Assembly (NCBI RefSeq): GCF_009914755.1
Contig: NC_060948.1
From: the human T2T-CHM13v2.0 reference genome, Homo sapiens
DNA length: 64,000 nucleotides
Reading direction: 5' to 3' (one strand)
Shown: piece by piece, positions 39,401 through 54,400 of the stretch
Numbering within the stretch: position 1 is the first letter of the stretch
How the letters are laid out: each line of letters begins with the position of its first letter
Program-made: the position numbers and the translations under genes
The notes under the pieces: generated by a model
Databases searched by the model: none
What the model saw: only the letters and a program-made list of their open reading frames with translations
Told to the model about the DNA's origin: nothing

Positions 39401-42400
39401 CGAATGGACTGAAATGAAATGGAATGGAATTGAATGGAAAGTAATGCAATGGAATAGAATGGAACGAAATTTCACGGAATGGAATCAAACTGAATGGAAT
39501 CAAATCAATGGAATCTAATCAAATGGAATGGAAAGGAATTGAATGGAGTAGATTGGATTGGATGGGATTGGAATGAAATGTACTGGAAAGGACTCGAATT
39601 TCATGAAACGGAATGGAATGAATTGGAACGGAATGGACTCGAATGGAATGGAATGTCATGGAATGGCATCGAATGGAATGGCATCAAATGGAATGGAATC
39701 GAATGCAATGGAATGTTATGGAATGGAATGGAATGCATTGGAATGGAATGTCCTCTAATGGAATGGATTCGAGTGGAATGGAATCGAATATAATGGAGTC
39801 GAATGAAATGGAATTGAAAGGAATGGGATCGAATAGAATGGAATATACTGGAATGTAATGTAATGAACACGAATGTAATTGACTGGAATGGAATGTACAT
39901 GAATGGAAGGTAATCGAATGGAAAGTAATCCAATGGAATAGAATCTAATGCAATAAAACCGAATCAGATAGAGTAGAATGTAATGGAATGGAGTGCAGTG
40001 CAATGGAATGGAATGGAATTGAATGCAATGGAATGGAATGGAATGGAATGGAATGGAATGGAATGGTATGGAATGGATAGTAATGGACTGGAGTGAAATG
40101 GACTGGAAAGGAATGGACTCAAATTGAAAGGGCTCGAAAGGAATGGAGTCAAATGGAATGGTCTGGAATGGAATGAACACGAATGTAATGCAATCCAATA
40201 GAATGGAATCGAATGGCATGGAATATAAAGAAATGGAATCGAAGAGAATGGAAACAAATGGAATGGAATTGAATGGAATGGAATTGAATGGAATGGGAAC
40301 GAATGGAGTGAAATTGTATGCAGTAGAAGGGAATAGAATGGAATGCAAGCGAAAGGAAAGGAATGGATTGGAATGGAATGGAATTCATTGGAATGGAAGG
40401 GAATGTAGTGTAATGGACAGGCCTGGAATAAAGTGGAATGCTACGGTCTCGAATGGAATAAAAATGTATGGAATGGAATGCAATGAAACGGAATCGAATG
40501 TCATAGAATGTAATGGAATGCAACAAAATGGAATCCAAAATCATTGACTGGAAAGGCTGGGTGTCGAAAGGAATTGACTCCAATGGAATGGAATCGAATG
40601 GAATGGAAGTGAATAGAATCGAACTAAATCGAATGGAATGGAATTGATAGGAACGGAATGGAAAGGAATGCAATGATTTGGCATGGAATGGAATCGAATG
40701 GCATCGAATGGAATGGAATGGAATGCAATGGAATGGAATGTATTAGAATGGAATGAACTTTAATGGAATGTACTCGAATGGATTCGACTGGAATGGAATG
40801 TTCTGGAAGTGAATGGACTCCAATGGAATGGATTCAAAAGGAATGGAATCGTACGGAATGGAATCTAATGGAATGGAATTAAATGGAAATGAATCAAATT
40901 GAATAGCACGGAATTGAATTGAATGGAATGGAATGCAATGGAATCTAATGAAACGGAAAGGAAAGGAATGGAATGGAATGGAATGGGCTGGAATGGAAAG
41001 GAATCGAAACGAATGGAATGGAATCGAACTGAAGAGACTGGAATGGAATGCACTGGAATGGAAGGGAGTGTAATGGAAGGTTCTCGAAAAAAATGGAATC
41101 GAATGGAATGGAATTGAATGGAACGGAATAGAGTCGAATGGAATTGAATGGAATGGAATGGACTAGAGTGAAATGGAATCGAACCACAAGGAATGGAGAG
41201 GAATAGAATGGTCTCGAATTGAATGGAATCGTATGGAATGGCATCAAACGGAATGGAATGGACAGCCACGGAATGGAATGCACTCGAATGCAATGGAGTC
41301 GAAACTAATGGACTGGAATAGAATGGACTCGACTGGTACGGACTCCAATGGAATGGAATCGAATGGAAGGGAATCGAACGGAATGGACTCGAAGGGAAAA
41401 GACTGCAATGGAAAGGTCTCGAATGGAATGGAAATTAATGGAATGGAATGGAATCGAATGAAATGGAGTCAAAAGGAATGGAATCGAATGGCAAGAAATC
41501 GAATGTAATGGAATCGCAAGGAATTGATGTGAACGGAACGGAATGGAATGGAATCCAAAGGAATGGAATAGAATGGAATGGAATCGAATGGAAAGGACTC
41601 GAATGGAAATCACTCGAATAGAATGCAATTTAATAAAATAGGATCAAATGTAATGGAATGGAATGGAAAGGAATCGAAACGAAAGGAATGGAGACAGATG
41701 GAATGGAATGGAACAGAGAGCAATGGTATAGAATGGAATGGAATCATCTGGAATGGAATTGAATGGAATGGAATAATATGAAATGGAATGGAATGGAATG
41801 GAATGGAATGCCCTTGAATTAAATGGACTGGAATGGAATGGACTCGAACAGAGTGGAATGGAAAGTGTTGAGATAGAATGGAATGGACTCCTTTGGAATG
41901 GTCTAGTATGCAATGCAATCGACTGTCAGGGAATCAAAAGGAATGTAATCGAATGGATTGGACTGGAATGCAATGGACTCGAATAGATTGGAAACGGGAT
42001 GCAAAGGAATGGAATGGAATAGTATGGAATGGAATGGAAAGGAATGGAGTGGAATAGACTAGAGTGGAATGGAATGGACTGGAAAGCAATGGACTGGAAT
42101 GGAACTTTCTTGAATGGACTGGAATCAAACGGAATGGAATGCAATGCAATCAAATGGCATGGAATAAAATAGAATGAAAGAGAATCAAATGGAATTGAAT
42201 CGAATGGAATCGAATGGATTGTAAAGGAATAGAATGGAATGGAATGGAATTGACTCAAATGGAATGGACTAGAATGGAATGGATTCGAATGGAAGGCAAA
42301 GGAATGGAATCTATTGGAATGGACTGTAATGGAATGGAATGGAAGGGATTGGAATGGACTCGAATGGAATGGACTGCAATAGAAAGGATTCGAATGGAAT

Positions 42401-45400
42401 GAAAAAGAATTGAATGGAATAGAACAGAATGGAATCAAATCGAATGAAATGGAATGGAATAGAAAGGAATGGAATGAAATGGAATGGAAAGGATTCGAAT
42501 GGAATGCAATCGAATGGAATGGAATCGAACGGAATGGAATAAAATGGAAGAAAACTGGCAAGAAATGGAATCGAAATGAATGGAGTGTTATGGAACGGAC
42601 TCAAAAGGAATTGAATGTAATAGAATGGAGTGGAGTGGACTCGAATATAATGGACTGGAATGGAATGAAATCACATGGAATGGGAACGAATGGAATGGAA
42701 TGGAAAGGAATGGAATCGAATGGAAAGGAATCGAATGGAAGGGAATGAAATTGAATCAACAGGAATGGAAGGGAATAGAATAGACGGTAATGGAATGGAC
42801 TCGAATAGAATGGACACGAATGCTCAAATTGAATGGATTCGAATGGAATGGAAACGAAAGGAATGTCATCGAATGGAATTGAATCGATTGGAATGAAATC
42901 GCATAGAATGGAGTGGAATCAAATGGAATTGAATCGAAAGGAAAGGAAGCGAATGGACTGAAATGAAATGGAATGGAATTGAATGGAAAGTAATGCAATG
43001 GAATAGAATGGAACGAAATTTCACGGAATGGAATCAAACTGAATGGAATCAAATCAATGGAATCTAATCAAATGGAATGGAAAGGAATTGAATGGAGTAG
43101 ATTGGATTGGATGGGATTGGAATGAAATGTACTGGAAAGGACTCGAATTTCATGAAACGGAATGGAATGAATTGGAACGGAATGGACTCGAATGGAATGG
43201 AATGTCATGGAATGGCATCGAATGGAATGGCATCAAATGGAATGGAATCGAATGCAATGGAATGTTATGGAATGGAATGGAATGCATTGGAATGGAATGT
43301 CCTCTAATGGAATGGATTCGAGTGGAATGGAATCGAATATAATGGAGTCGAATGAAATGGAATTGAAAGGAATGGGATCGAATAGAATGGAATATACTGG
43401 AATGTAATGTAATGAACACGAATGTAATTGACTGGAATGGAATGTACATGAATGGAAGGTAATCGAATGGAAAGTAATCCAATGGAATAGAATCTAATGC
43501 AATAAAACCGAATCAGATAGAGTAGAATGTAATGGAATGGAGTGCAGTGCAATGGAATGGAATGGAATTGAATGCAATGGAATGGAATGGAATGGAATGG
43601 AATGGAATGGAATGGAATGGTATGGAATGGATAGTAATGGACTGGAGTGAAATGGACTGGAAAGGAATGGACTCAAATTGAAAGGGCTCGAAAGGAATGG
43701 AGTCAAATGGAATGGTCTGGAATGGAATGAACACGAATGTAATGCAATCCAATAGAATGGAATCGAATGGCATGGAATATAAAGAAATGGAATCGAAGAG
43801 AATGGAAACAAATGGAATGGAATTGAATGGAATGGAATTGAATGGAATGGGAACGAATGGAGTGAAATTGTATGCAGTAGAAGGGAATAGAATGGAATGC
43901 AAGCGAAAGGAAAGGAATGGATTGGAATGGAATGGAATTCATTGGAATGGAAGGGAATGTAGTGTAATGGACAGGCCTGGAATAAAGTGGAATGCTACGG
44001 TCTCGAATGGAATAAAAATGTATGGAATGGAATGCAATGAAACGGAATCGAATGTCATAGAATGTAATGGAATGCAACAAAATGGAATCCAAAATCATTG
44101 ACTGGAAAGGCTGGGTGTCGAAAGGAATTGACTCCAATGGAATGGAATCGAATGGAATGGAAGTGAATAGAATCGAACTAAATCGAATGGAATGGAATTG
44201 ATAGGAACGGAATGGAAAGGAATGCAATGATTTGGCATGGAATGGAATCGAATGGCATCGAATGGAATGGAATGGAATGCAATGGAATGGAATGTATTAG
44301 AATGGAATGAACTTTAATGGAATGTACTCGAATGGATTCGACTGGAATGGAATGTTCTGGAAGTGAATGGACTCCAATGGAATGGATTCAAAAGGAATGG
44401 AATCGTACGGAATGGAATCTAATGGAATGGAATTAAATGGAAATGAATCAAATTGAATAGCACGGAATTGAATTGAATGGAATGGAATGCAATGGAATCT
44501 AATGAAACGGAAAGGAAAGGAATGGAATGGAATGGAATGGGCTGGAATGGAAAGGAATCGAAACGAATGGAATGGAATCGAACTGAAGAGACTGGAATGG
44601 AATGCACTGGAATGGAAGGGAGTGTAATGGAAGGTTCTCGAAAAAAATGGAATCGAATGGAATGGAATTGAATGGAACGGAATAGAGTCGAATGGAATTG
44701 AATGGAATGGAATGGACTAGAGTGAAATGGAATCGAACCACAAGGAATGGAGAGGAATAGAATGGTCTCGAATTGAATGGAATCGTATGGAATGGCATCA
44801 AACGGAATGGAATGGACAGCCACGGAATGGAATGCACTCGAATGCAATGGAGTCGAAACTAATGGACTGGAATAGAATGGACTCGACTGGTACGGACTCC
44901 AATGGAATGGAATCGAATGGAAGGGAATCGAACGGAATGGACTCGAAGGGAAAAGACTGCAATGGAAAGGTCTCGAATGGAATGGAAATTAATGGAATGG
45001 AATGGAATCGAATGAAATGGAGTCAAAAGGAATGGAATCGAATGGCAAGAAATCGAATGTAATGGAATCGCAAGGAATTGATGTGAACGGAACGGAATGG
45101 AATGGAATCCAAAGGAATGGAATAGAATGGAATGGAATCGAATGGAAAGGACTCGAATGGAAATCACTCGAATAGAATGCAATTTAATAAAATAGGATCA
45201 AATGTAATGGAATGGAATGGAAAGGAATCGAAACGAAAGGAATGGAGACAGATGGAATGGAATGGAACAGAGAGCAATGGTATAGAATGGAATGGAATCA
45301 TCTGGAATGGAATTGAATGGAATGGAATAATATGAAATGGAATGGAATGGAATGGAATGGAATGCCCTTGAATTAAATGGACTGGAATGGAATGGACTCG

Positions 45401-48400
45401 AACAGAGTGGAATGGAAAGTGTTGAGATAGAATGGAATGGACTCCTTTGGAATGGTCTAGTATGCAATGCAATCGACTGTCAGGGAATCAAAAGGAATGT
45501 AATCGAATGGATTGGACTGGAATGCAATGGACTCGAATAGATTGGAAACGGGATGCAAAGGAATGGAATGGAATAGTATGGAATGGAATGGAAAGGAATG
45601 GAGTGGAATAGACTAGAGTGGAATGGAATGGACTGGAAAGCAATGGACTGGAATGGAACTTTCTTGAATGGACTGGAATCAAACGGAATGGAATGCAATG
45701 CAATCAAATGGCATGGAATAAAATAGAATGAAAGAGAATCAAATGGAATTGAATCGAATGGAATCGAATGGATTGTAAAGGAATAGAATGGAATGGAATG
45801 GAATTGACTCAAATGGAATGGACTAGAATGGAATGGATTCGAATGGAAGGCAAAGGAATGGAATCTATTGGAATGGACTGTAATGGAATGGAATGGAAGG
45901 GATTGGAATGGACTCGAATGGAATGGACTGCAATAGAAAGGATTCGAATGGAATGAAAAAGAATTGAATGGAATAGAACAGAATGGAATCAAATCGAATG
46001 AAATGGAATGGAATAGAAAGGAATGGAATGAAATGGAATGGAAAGGATTCGAATGGAATGCAATCGAATGGAATGGAATCGAACGGAATGGAATAAAATG
46101 GAAGAAAACTGGCAAGAAATGGAATCGAAATGAATGGAGTGTTATGGAACGGACTCAAAAGGAATTGAATGTAATAGAATGGAGTGGAGTGGACTCGAAT
46201 ATAATGGACTGGAATGGAATGAAATCACATGGAATGGGAACGAATGGAATGGAATGGAAAGGAATGGAATCGAATGGAAAGGAATCGAATGGAAGGGAAT
46301 GAAATTGAATCAACAGGAATGGAAGGGAATAGAATAGACGGTAATGGAATGGACTCGAATAGAATGGACACGAATGCTCAAATTGAATGGATTCGAATGG
46401 AATGGAAACGAAAGGAATGTCATCGAATGGAATTGAATCGATTGGAATGAAATCGCATAGAATGGAGTGGAATCAAATGGAATTGAATCGAAAGGAAAGG
46501 AAGCGAATGGACTGAAATGAAATGGAATGGAATTGAATGGAAAGTAATGCAATGGAATAGAATGGAACGAAATTTCACGGAATGGAATCAAACTGAATGG
46601 AATCAAATCAATGGAATCTAATCAAATGGAATGGAAAGGAATTGAATGGAGTAGATTGGATTGGATGGGATTGGAATGAAATGTACTGGAAAGGACTCGA
46701 ATTTCATGAAACGGAATGGAATGAATTGGAACGGAATGGACTCGAATGGAATGGAATGTCATGGAATGGCATCGAATGGAATGGCATCAAATGGAATGGA
46801 ATCGAATGCAATGGAATGTTATGGAATGGAATGGAATGCATTGGAATGGAATGTCCTCTAATGGAATGGATTCGAGTGGAATGGAATCGAATATAATGGA
46901 GTCGAATGAAATGGAATTGAAAGGAATGGGATCGAATAGAATGGAATATACTGGAATGTAATGTAATGAACACGAATGTAATTGACTGGAATGGAATGTA
47001 CATGAATGGAAGGTAATCGAATGGAAAGTAATCCAATGGAATAGAATCTAATGCAATAAAACCGAATCAGATAGAGTAGAATGTAATGGAATGGAGTGCA
47101 GTGCAATGGAATGGAATGGAATTGAATGCAATGGAATGGAATGGAATGGAATGGAATGGAATGGAATGGAATGGTATGGAATGGATAGTAATGGACTGGA
47201 GTGAAATGGACTGGAAAGGAATGGACTCAAATTGAAAGGGCTCGAAAGGAATGGAGTCAAATGGAATGGTCTGGAATGGAATGAACACGAATGTAATGCA
47301 ATCCAATAGAATGGAATCGAATGGCATGGAATATAAAGAAATGGAATCGAAGAGAATGGAAACAAATGGAATGGAATTGAATGGAATGGAATTGAATGGA
47401 ATGGGAACGAATGGAGTGAAATTGTATGCAGTAGAAGGGAATAGAATGGAATGCAAGCGAAAGGAAAGGAATGGATTGGAATGGAATGGAATTCATTGGA
47501 ATGGAAGGGAATGTAGTGTAATGGACAGGCCTGGAATAAAGTGGAATGCTACGGTCTCGAATGGAATAAAAATGTATGGAATGGAATGCAATGAAACGGA
47601 ATCGAATGTCATAGAATGTAATGGAATGCAACAAAATGGAATCCAAAATCATTGACTGGAAAGGCTGGGTGTCGAAAGGAATTGACTCCAATGGAATGGA
47701 ATCGAATGGAATGGAAGTGAATAGAATCGAACTAAATCGAATGGAATGGAATTGATAGGAACGGAATGGAAAGGAATGCAATGATTTGGCATGGAATGGA
47801 ATCGAATGGCATCGAATGGAATGGAATGGAATGCAATGGAATGGAATGTATTAGAATGTAATGAACTTTAATGGAATGTACTCGAATGGATTCGACTGGA
47901 ATGGAATGTTCTGGAAGTGAATGGACTCCAATGGAATGGATTCAAAAGGAATGGAATCGTACGGAATGGAATCTAATGGAATGGAATTAAATGGAAATGA
48001 ATCAAATTGAATAGCACGGAATTGAATTGAATGGAATGGAATGCAATGGAATCTAATGAAACGGAAAGGAAAGGAATGGAATGGAATGGAATGGGCTGGA
48101 ATGGAAAGGAATCGAAACGAATGGAATGGAATCGAACTGAAGAGACTGGAATGGAATGCACTGGAATGGAAGGGAGTGTAATGGAAGGTTCTCGAAAAAA
48201 ATGGAATCGAATGGAATGGAATTGAATGGAACGGAATAGAGTCGAATGGAATTGAATGGAATGGAATGGACTAGAGTGAAATGGAATCGAACCACAAGGA
48301 ATGGAGAGGAATAGAATGGTCTCGAATTGAATGGAATCGTATGGAATGGCATCAAACGGAATGGAATGGACAGCCACGGAATGGAATGCACTCGAATGCA

Positions 48401-51400
48401 ATGGAGTCGAAACTAATGGACTGGAATAGAATGGACTCGACTGGTACGGACTCCAATGGAATGGAATCGAATGGAAGGGAATCGAACGGAATGGACTCGA
48501 AGGGAAAAGACTGCAATGGAAAGGTCTCGAATGGAATGGAAATTAATGGAATGGAATGGAATCGAATGAAATGGAGTCAAAAGGAATGGAATCGAATGGC
48601 AAGAAATCGAATGTAATGGAATCGCAAGGAATTGATGTGAACGGAACGGAATGGAATGGAATCCAAAGGAATGGAATAGAATGGAATGGAATCGAATGGA
48701 AAGGACTCGAATGGAAATCACTCGAATAGAATGCAATTTAATAAAATAGGATCAAATGTAATGGAATGGAATGGAAAGGAATCGAAACGAAAGGAATGGA
48801 GACAGATGGAATGGAATGGAACAGAGAGCAATGGTATAGAATGGAATGGAATCATCTGGAATGGAATTGAATGGAATGGAATAATATGAAATGGAATGGA
48901 ATGGAATGGAATGGAATGGAATGGAATGCCCTTGAATTAAATGGACTGGAATGGAATGGACTCGAACAGAGTGGAATGGAAAGTGTTGAGATAGAATGGA
49001 ATGGACTCCTTTGGAATGGTCTAGTATGCAATGCAATCGACTGTCAGGGAATCAAAAGGAATGTAATCGAATGGATTGGACTGGAATGCAATGGACTCGA
49101 ATAGATTGGAAACGGAATGCAAAGGAATGGAATGGAATAGTATGGAATGGAATGGAAAGGAATGGAGTGGAATAGACTAGAGTGGAATGGAATGGACTGG
49201 AAAGCAATGGACTGGAATGGAACTTTCTTGAATGGACTGGAATCAAACGGAATGGAATGCAATGCAATCAAATGGCATGGAATAAAATAGAATGAAAGAG
49301 AATCAAATGGAATTGAATCGAATGGAATCGAATGGATTGTAAAGGAATAGAATGGAATGGAATGGAATTGACTCAAATGGAATGGACTAGAATGGAATGG
49401 ATTCGAATGGAAGGCAAAGGAATGGAATCTATTGGAATGGACTGTAATGGAATGGAATGGAAGGGATTGGAATGGACTCGAATGGAATGGACTGCAATAG
49501 AAAGGATTCGAATGGAATGAAAAAGAATTGAATGGAATAGAACAGAATGGAATCAAATCGAATGAAATGGAATGGAATAGAAAGGAATGGAATGAAATGG
49601 AATGGAAAGGATTCGAATGGAATGCAATCGAATGGAATGGAATCGAACGGAATGGAATAAAATGGAAGAAAACTGGCAAGAAATGGAATCGAAATGAATG
49701 GAGTGTTATGGAACGGACTCAAAAGGAATTGAATGTAATAGAATGGAGTGGAGTGGACTCGAATATAATGGACTGGAATGGAATGAAATCACATGGAATG
49801 GGAACGAATGGAATGGAATGGAAAGGAATGGAATCGAATGGAAAGGAATCGAATGGAAGGGAATGAAATTGAATCAACAGGAATGGAAGGGAATAGAATA
49901 GACGGTAATGGAATGGACTCGAATAGAATGGACACGAATGCTCAAATTGAATGGATTCGAATGGAATGGAAACGAAAGGAATGTCATCGAATGGAATTGA
50001 ATCGATTGGAATGAAATCGCATAGAATGGAGTGGAATCAAATGGAATTGAATCGAAAGGAAAGGAAGCGAATGGACTGAAATGAAATGGAATGGAATTGA
50101 ATGGAAAGTAATGCAATGGAATAGAATGGAACGAAATTTCACGGAATGGAATCAAACTGAATGGAATCAAATCAATGGAATCTAATCAAATGGAATGGAA
50201 AGGAATTGAATGGAGTAGATTGGATTGGATGGGATTGGAATGAAATGTACTGGAAAGGACTCGAATTTCATGAAACGGAATGGAATGAATTGGAACGGAA
50301 TGGACTCGAATGGAATGGAATGTCATGGAATGGCATCGAATGGAATGGCATCAAATGGAATGGAATCGAATGCAATGGAATGTTATGGAATGGAATGGAA
50401 TGCATTGGAATGGAATGTCCTCTAATGGAATGGATTCGAGTGGAATGGAATCGAATATAATGGAGTCGAATGAAATGGAATTGAAAGGAATGGGATCGAA
50501 TAGAATGGAATATACTGGAATGTAATGTAATGAACACGAATGTAATTGACTGGAATGGAATGTACATGAATGGAAGGTAATCGAATGGAAAGTAATCCAA
50601 TGGAATAGAATCTAATGCAATAAAACCGAATCAGATAGAGTAGAATGTAATGGAATGGAGTGCAGTGCAATGGAATGGAATGGAATTGAATGCAATGGAA
50701 TGGAATGGAATGGAATGGAATGGAATGGAATGGAATGGTATGGAAAGGATAGTAATGGACTGGAGTGAAATGGACTGGAAAGGAATGGACTCAAATTGAA
50801 AGGGCTCGAAAGGAATGGAGTCAAATGGAATGGTCTGGAATGGAATGAACACGAATGTAATGCAATCCAATAGAATGGAATCGAATGGCATGGAATATAA
50901 AGAAATGGAATCGAAGAGAATGGAAACAAATGGAATGGAATTGAATGGAATGGAATTGAATGGAATGGGAACGAATGGAGTGAAATTGTATGCAGTAGAA
51001 GGGAATAGAATGGAATGCAAGCGAAAGGAAAGGAATGGATTGGAATGGAATGGAATTCATTGGAATGGAAGGGAATGTAGTATAATGGACAGGCCTGGAA
51101 TAAAGTGGAATGCTACGGTCTCGAATGGAATAAAAATGTATGGAATGGAATGCAATGAAACGGAATCGAATGTCATAGAATGTAATGGAATGCAACAAAA
51201 TGGAATCCAAAATCATTGACTGGAAAGGCTGGGTGTCGAAAGGAATTGACTCCAATGGAATGGAATCGAATGGAATGGAAGTGAATAGAATCGAACTAAA
51301 TCGAATGGAATGGAATTGATAGGAACGGAATGGAAAGGAATGCAATGATTTGGCATGGAATGGAATCGAATGGCATCGAATGGAATGGAATGGAATGCAA

Positions 51401-54400
51401 TGGAATGGAATGTATTAGAATGTAATGAACTTTAATGGAATGTACTCGAATGGATTCGACTGGAATGGAATGTTCTGGAAGTGAATGGACTCCAATGGAA
51501 TGGATTCAAAAGGAATGGAATCGTACGGAATGGAATCTAATGGAATGGAATTAAATGGAAATGAATCAAATTGAATAGCACGGAATTGAATTGAATGGAA
51601 TGGAATGCAATGGAATCTAATGAAACGGAAAGGAAAGGAATGGAATGGAATGGAATGGGCTGGAATGGAAAGGAATCGAAACGAATGGAATGGAATCGAA
51701 CTGAAGAGACTGGAATGGAATGCACTGGAATGGAAGGGAGTGTAATGGAAGGTTCTCGAAAAAAATGGAATCGAATGGAATGGAATTGAATGGAACGGAA
51801 TAGAGTCGAATGGAATTGAATGGAATGGAATGGACTAGAGTGAAATGGAATCGAACCACAAGGAATGGACAGGAATAGAATGGTCTCGAATTGAATGGAA
51901 TCGTATGGAATGGCATCAAACGGAATGGAATGGACAGCCACGGAATGGAATGCACTCGAATGCAATGGAGTCGAAACTAATGGACTGGAATAGAATGGAC
52001 TCGACTGGTACGGACTCCAATGGAATGGAATCGAATGGAAGGGAATCGAACGGAATGGACTCGAAGGGAAAAGACTGCAATGGAAAGGTCTCGAATGGAA
52101 TGGAAATTAATGGAATGGAATGGAATCGAATGAAATGGAGTCAAAAGGAATGGAATCGAATGGCAAGAAATCGAATGTAATGGAATCGCAAGGAATTGAT
52201 GTGAACGGAACGGAATGGAATGGAATCCAAAGGAATGGAATAGAATGGAATGGAATCGAATGGAAAGGACTCGAATGGAAATCACTCGAATAGAATGCAA
52301 TTTAATAAAATAGGATCAAATGTAATGGAATGGAATGGAAAGGAATCGAAACGAAAGGAATGGAGACAGATGGAATGGAATGGAACAGAGAGCAATGGTA
52401 TAGAATGGAATGGAATCATCTGGAATGGAATTGAATGGAATGGAATAATATGAAATGGAATGGAATGGAATGGAATGGAATGGAATGCCCTTGAATTAAA
52501 TGGACTGGAATGGAATGGACTCGAACAGAGTGGAATGGAAAGTGTTGAGATAGAATGGAATGGACTCCTTTGGAATGGTCTAGTATGCAATGCAATCGAC
52601 TGTCAGGGAATCAAAAGGAATGTAATCGAATGGATTGGACTGGAATGCAATGGACTCGAATAGATTGGAAACGGAATGCAAAGGAATGGAATGGAATAGT
52701 ATGGAATGGAATGGAAAGGAATGGAGTGGAATAGACTAGAGTGGAATGGAATGGACTGGAAAGCAATGGACTGGAATGGAACTTTCTTGAATGGACTGGA
52801 ATCAAACGGAATGGAATGCAATGCAATCAAATGGCATGGAATAAAATAGAATGAAAGAGAATCAAATGGAATTGAATCGAATGGAATCGAATGGATTGTA
52901 AAGGAATAGAATGGAATGGAATGGAATTGACTCAAATGGAATGGACTAGAATGGAATGGATTCGAATGGAAGGCAAAGGAATGGAATCTATTGGAATGGA
53001 CTGTAATGGAATGGAATGGAAGGGATTGGAATGGACTCGAATGGAATGGACTGCAATAGAAAGGATTCGAATGGAGTGAAAAAGAATTGAATGGAATAGA
53101 ACAGAATGGAATCAAATCGAATGAAATGGAATGGAATAGAAAGGAATGGAATGAAATGGAATGGAAAGGATTCGAATGGAATGCAATCGAATGGAATGGA
53201 ATCGAACGGAATGGAATAAAATGGAAGAAAACTGGCAAGAAATGGAATCGAAATGAATGGAGTGTTATGGAACGGACTCAAAAGGAATTGAATGTAATAG
53301 AATGGAGTGGAGTGGACTCGAATATAATGGACTGGAATGGAATGAAATCACATGGAATGGGAACGAATGGAATGGAATGGAAAGGAATGGAATCGAATGG
53401 AAAGGAATCGAATGGAAGGGAATGAAATTGAATCAACAGGAATGGAAGGGAATAGAATAGACGGTAATGGAATGGACTCGAATAGAATGGACACGAATGC
53501 TCAAATTGAATGGATTCGAATGGAATGGAAACGAAAGGAATGTCATCGAATGGAATTGAATCGATTGGAATGAAATCGCATAGAATGGAGTGGAATCAAA
53601 TGGAATTGAATCGAAAGGAAAGGAAGCGAATGGACTGAAATGAAATGGAATGGAATTGAATGGAAAGTAATGCAATGGAATAGAATGGAACGAAATTTCA
53701 CGGAATGGAATCAAACTGAATGGAATCAAATCAATGGAATCTAATCAAATGGAATGGAAAGGAATTGAATGGAGTAGATTGGATTGGATGGGATTGGAAT
53801 GAAATGTACTGGAAAGGACTCGAATTTCATGAAACGGAATGGAATGAATTGGAACGGAATGGACTCGAATGGAATGGAATGTCATGGAATGGCATCGAAT
53901 GGAATGGCATCAAATGGAATGGAATCGAATGCAATGGAATGTTATGGAATGGAATGGAATGCATTGGAATGGAATGTCCTCTAATGGAATGGATTCGAGT
54001 GGAATGGAATCGAATATAATGGAGTCGAATGAAATGGAATTGAAAGGAATGGGATCGAATAGAATGGAATATACTGGAATGTAATGTAATGAACACGAAT
54101 GTAATTGACTGGAATGGAATGTACATGAATGGAAGGTAATCGAATGGAAAGTAATCCAATGGAATAGAATCTAATGCAATAAAACCGAATCAGATAGAGT
54201 AGAATGTAATGGAATGGAGTGCAGTGCAATGGAATGGAATGGAATTGAATGCAATGGAATGGAATGGAATGGAATGGAATGGAATGGAATGGAATGGAAT
54301 GGAATGGTATGGAATGGATAGTAATGGACTGGAGTGAAATGGACTGGAAAGGAATGGACTCAAATTGAAAGGGCTCGAAAGGAATGGAGTCAAATGGAAT

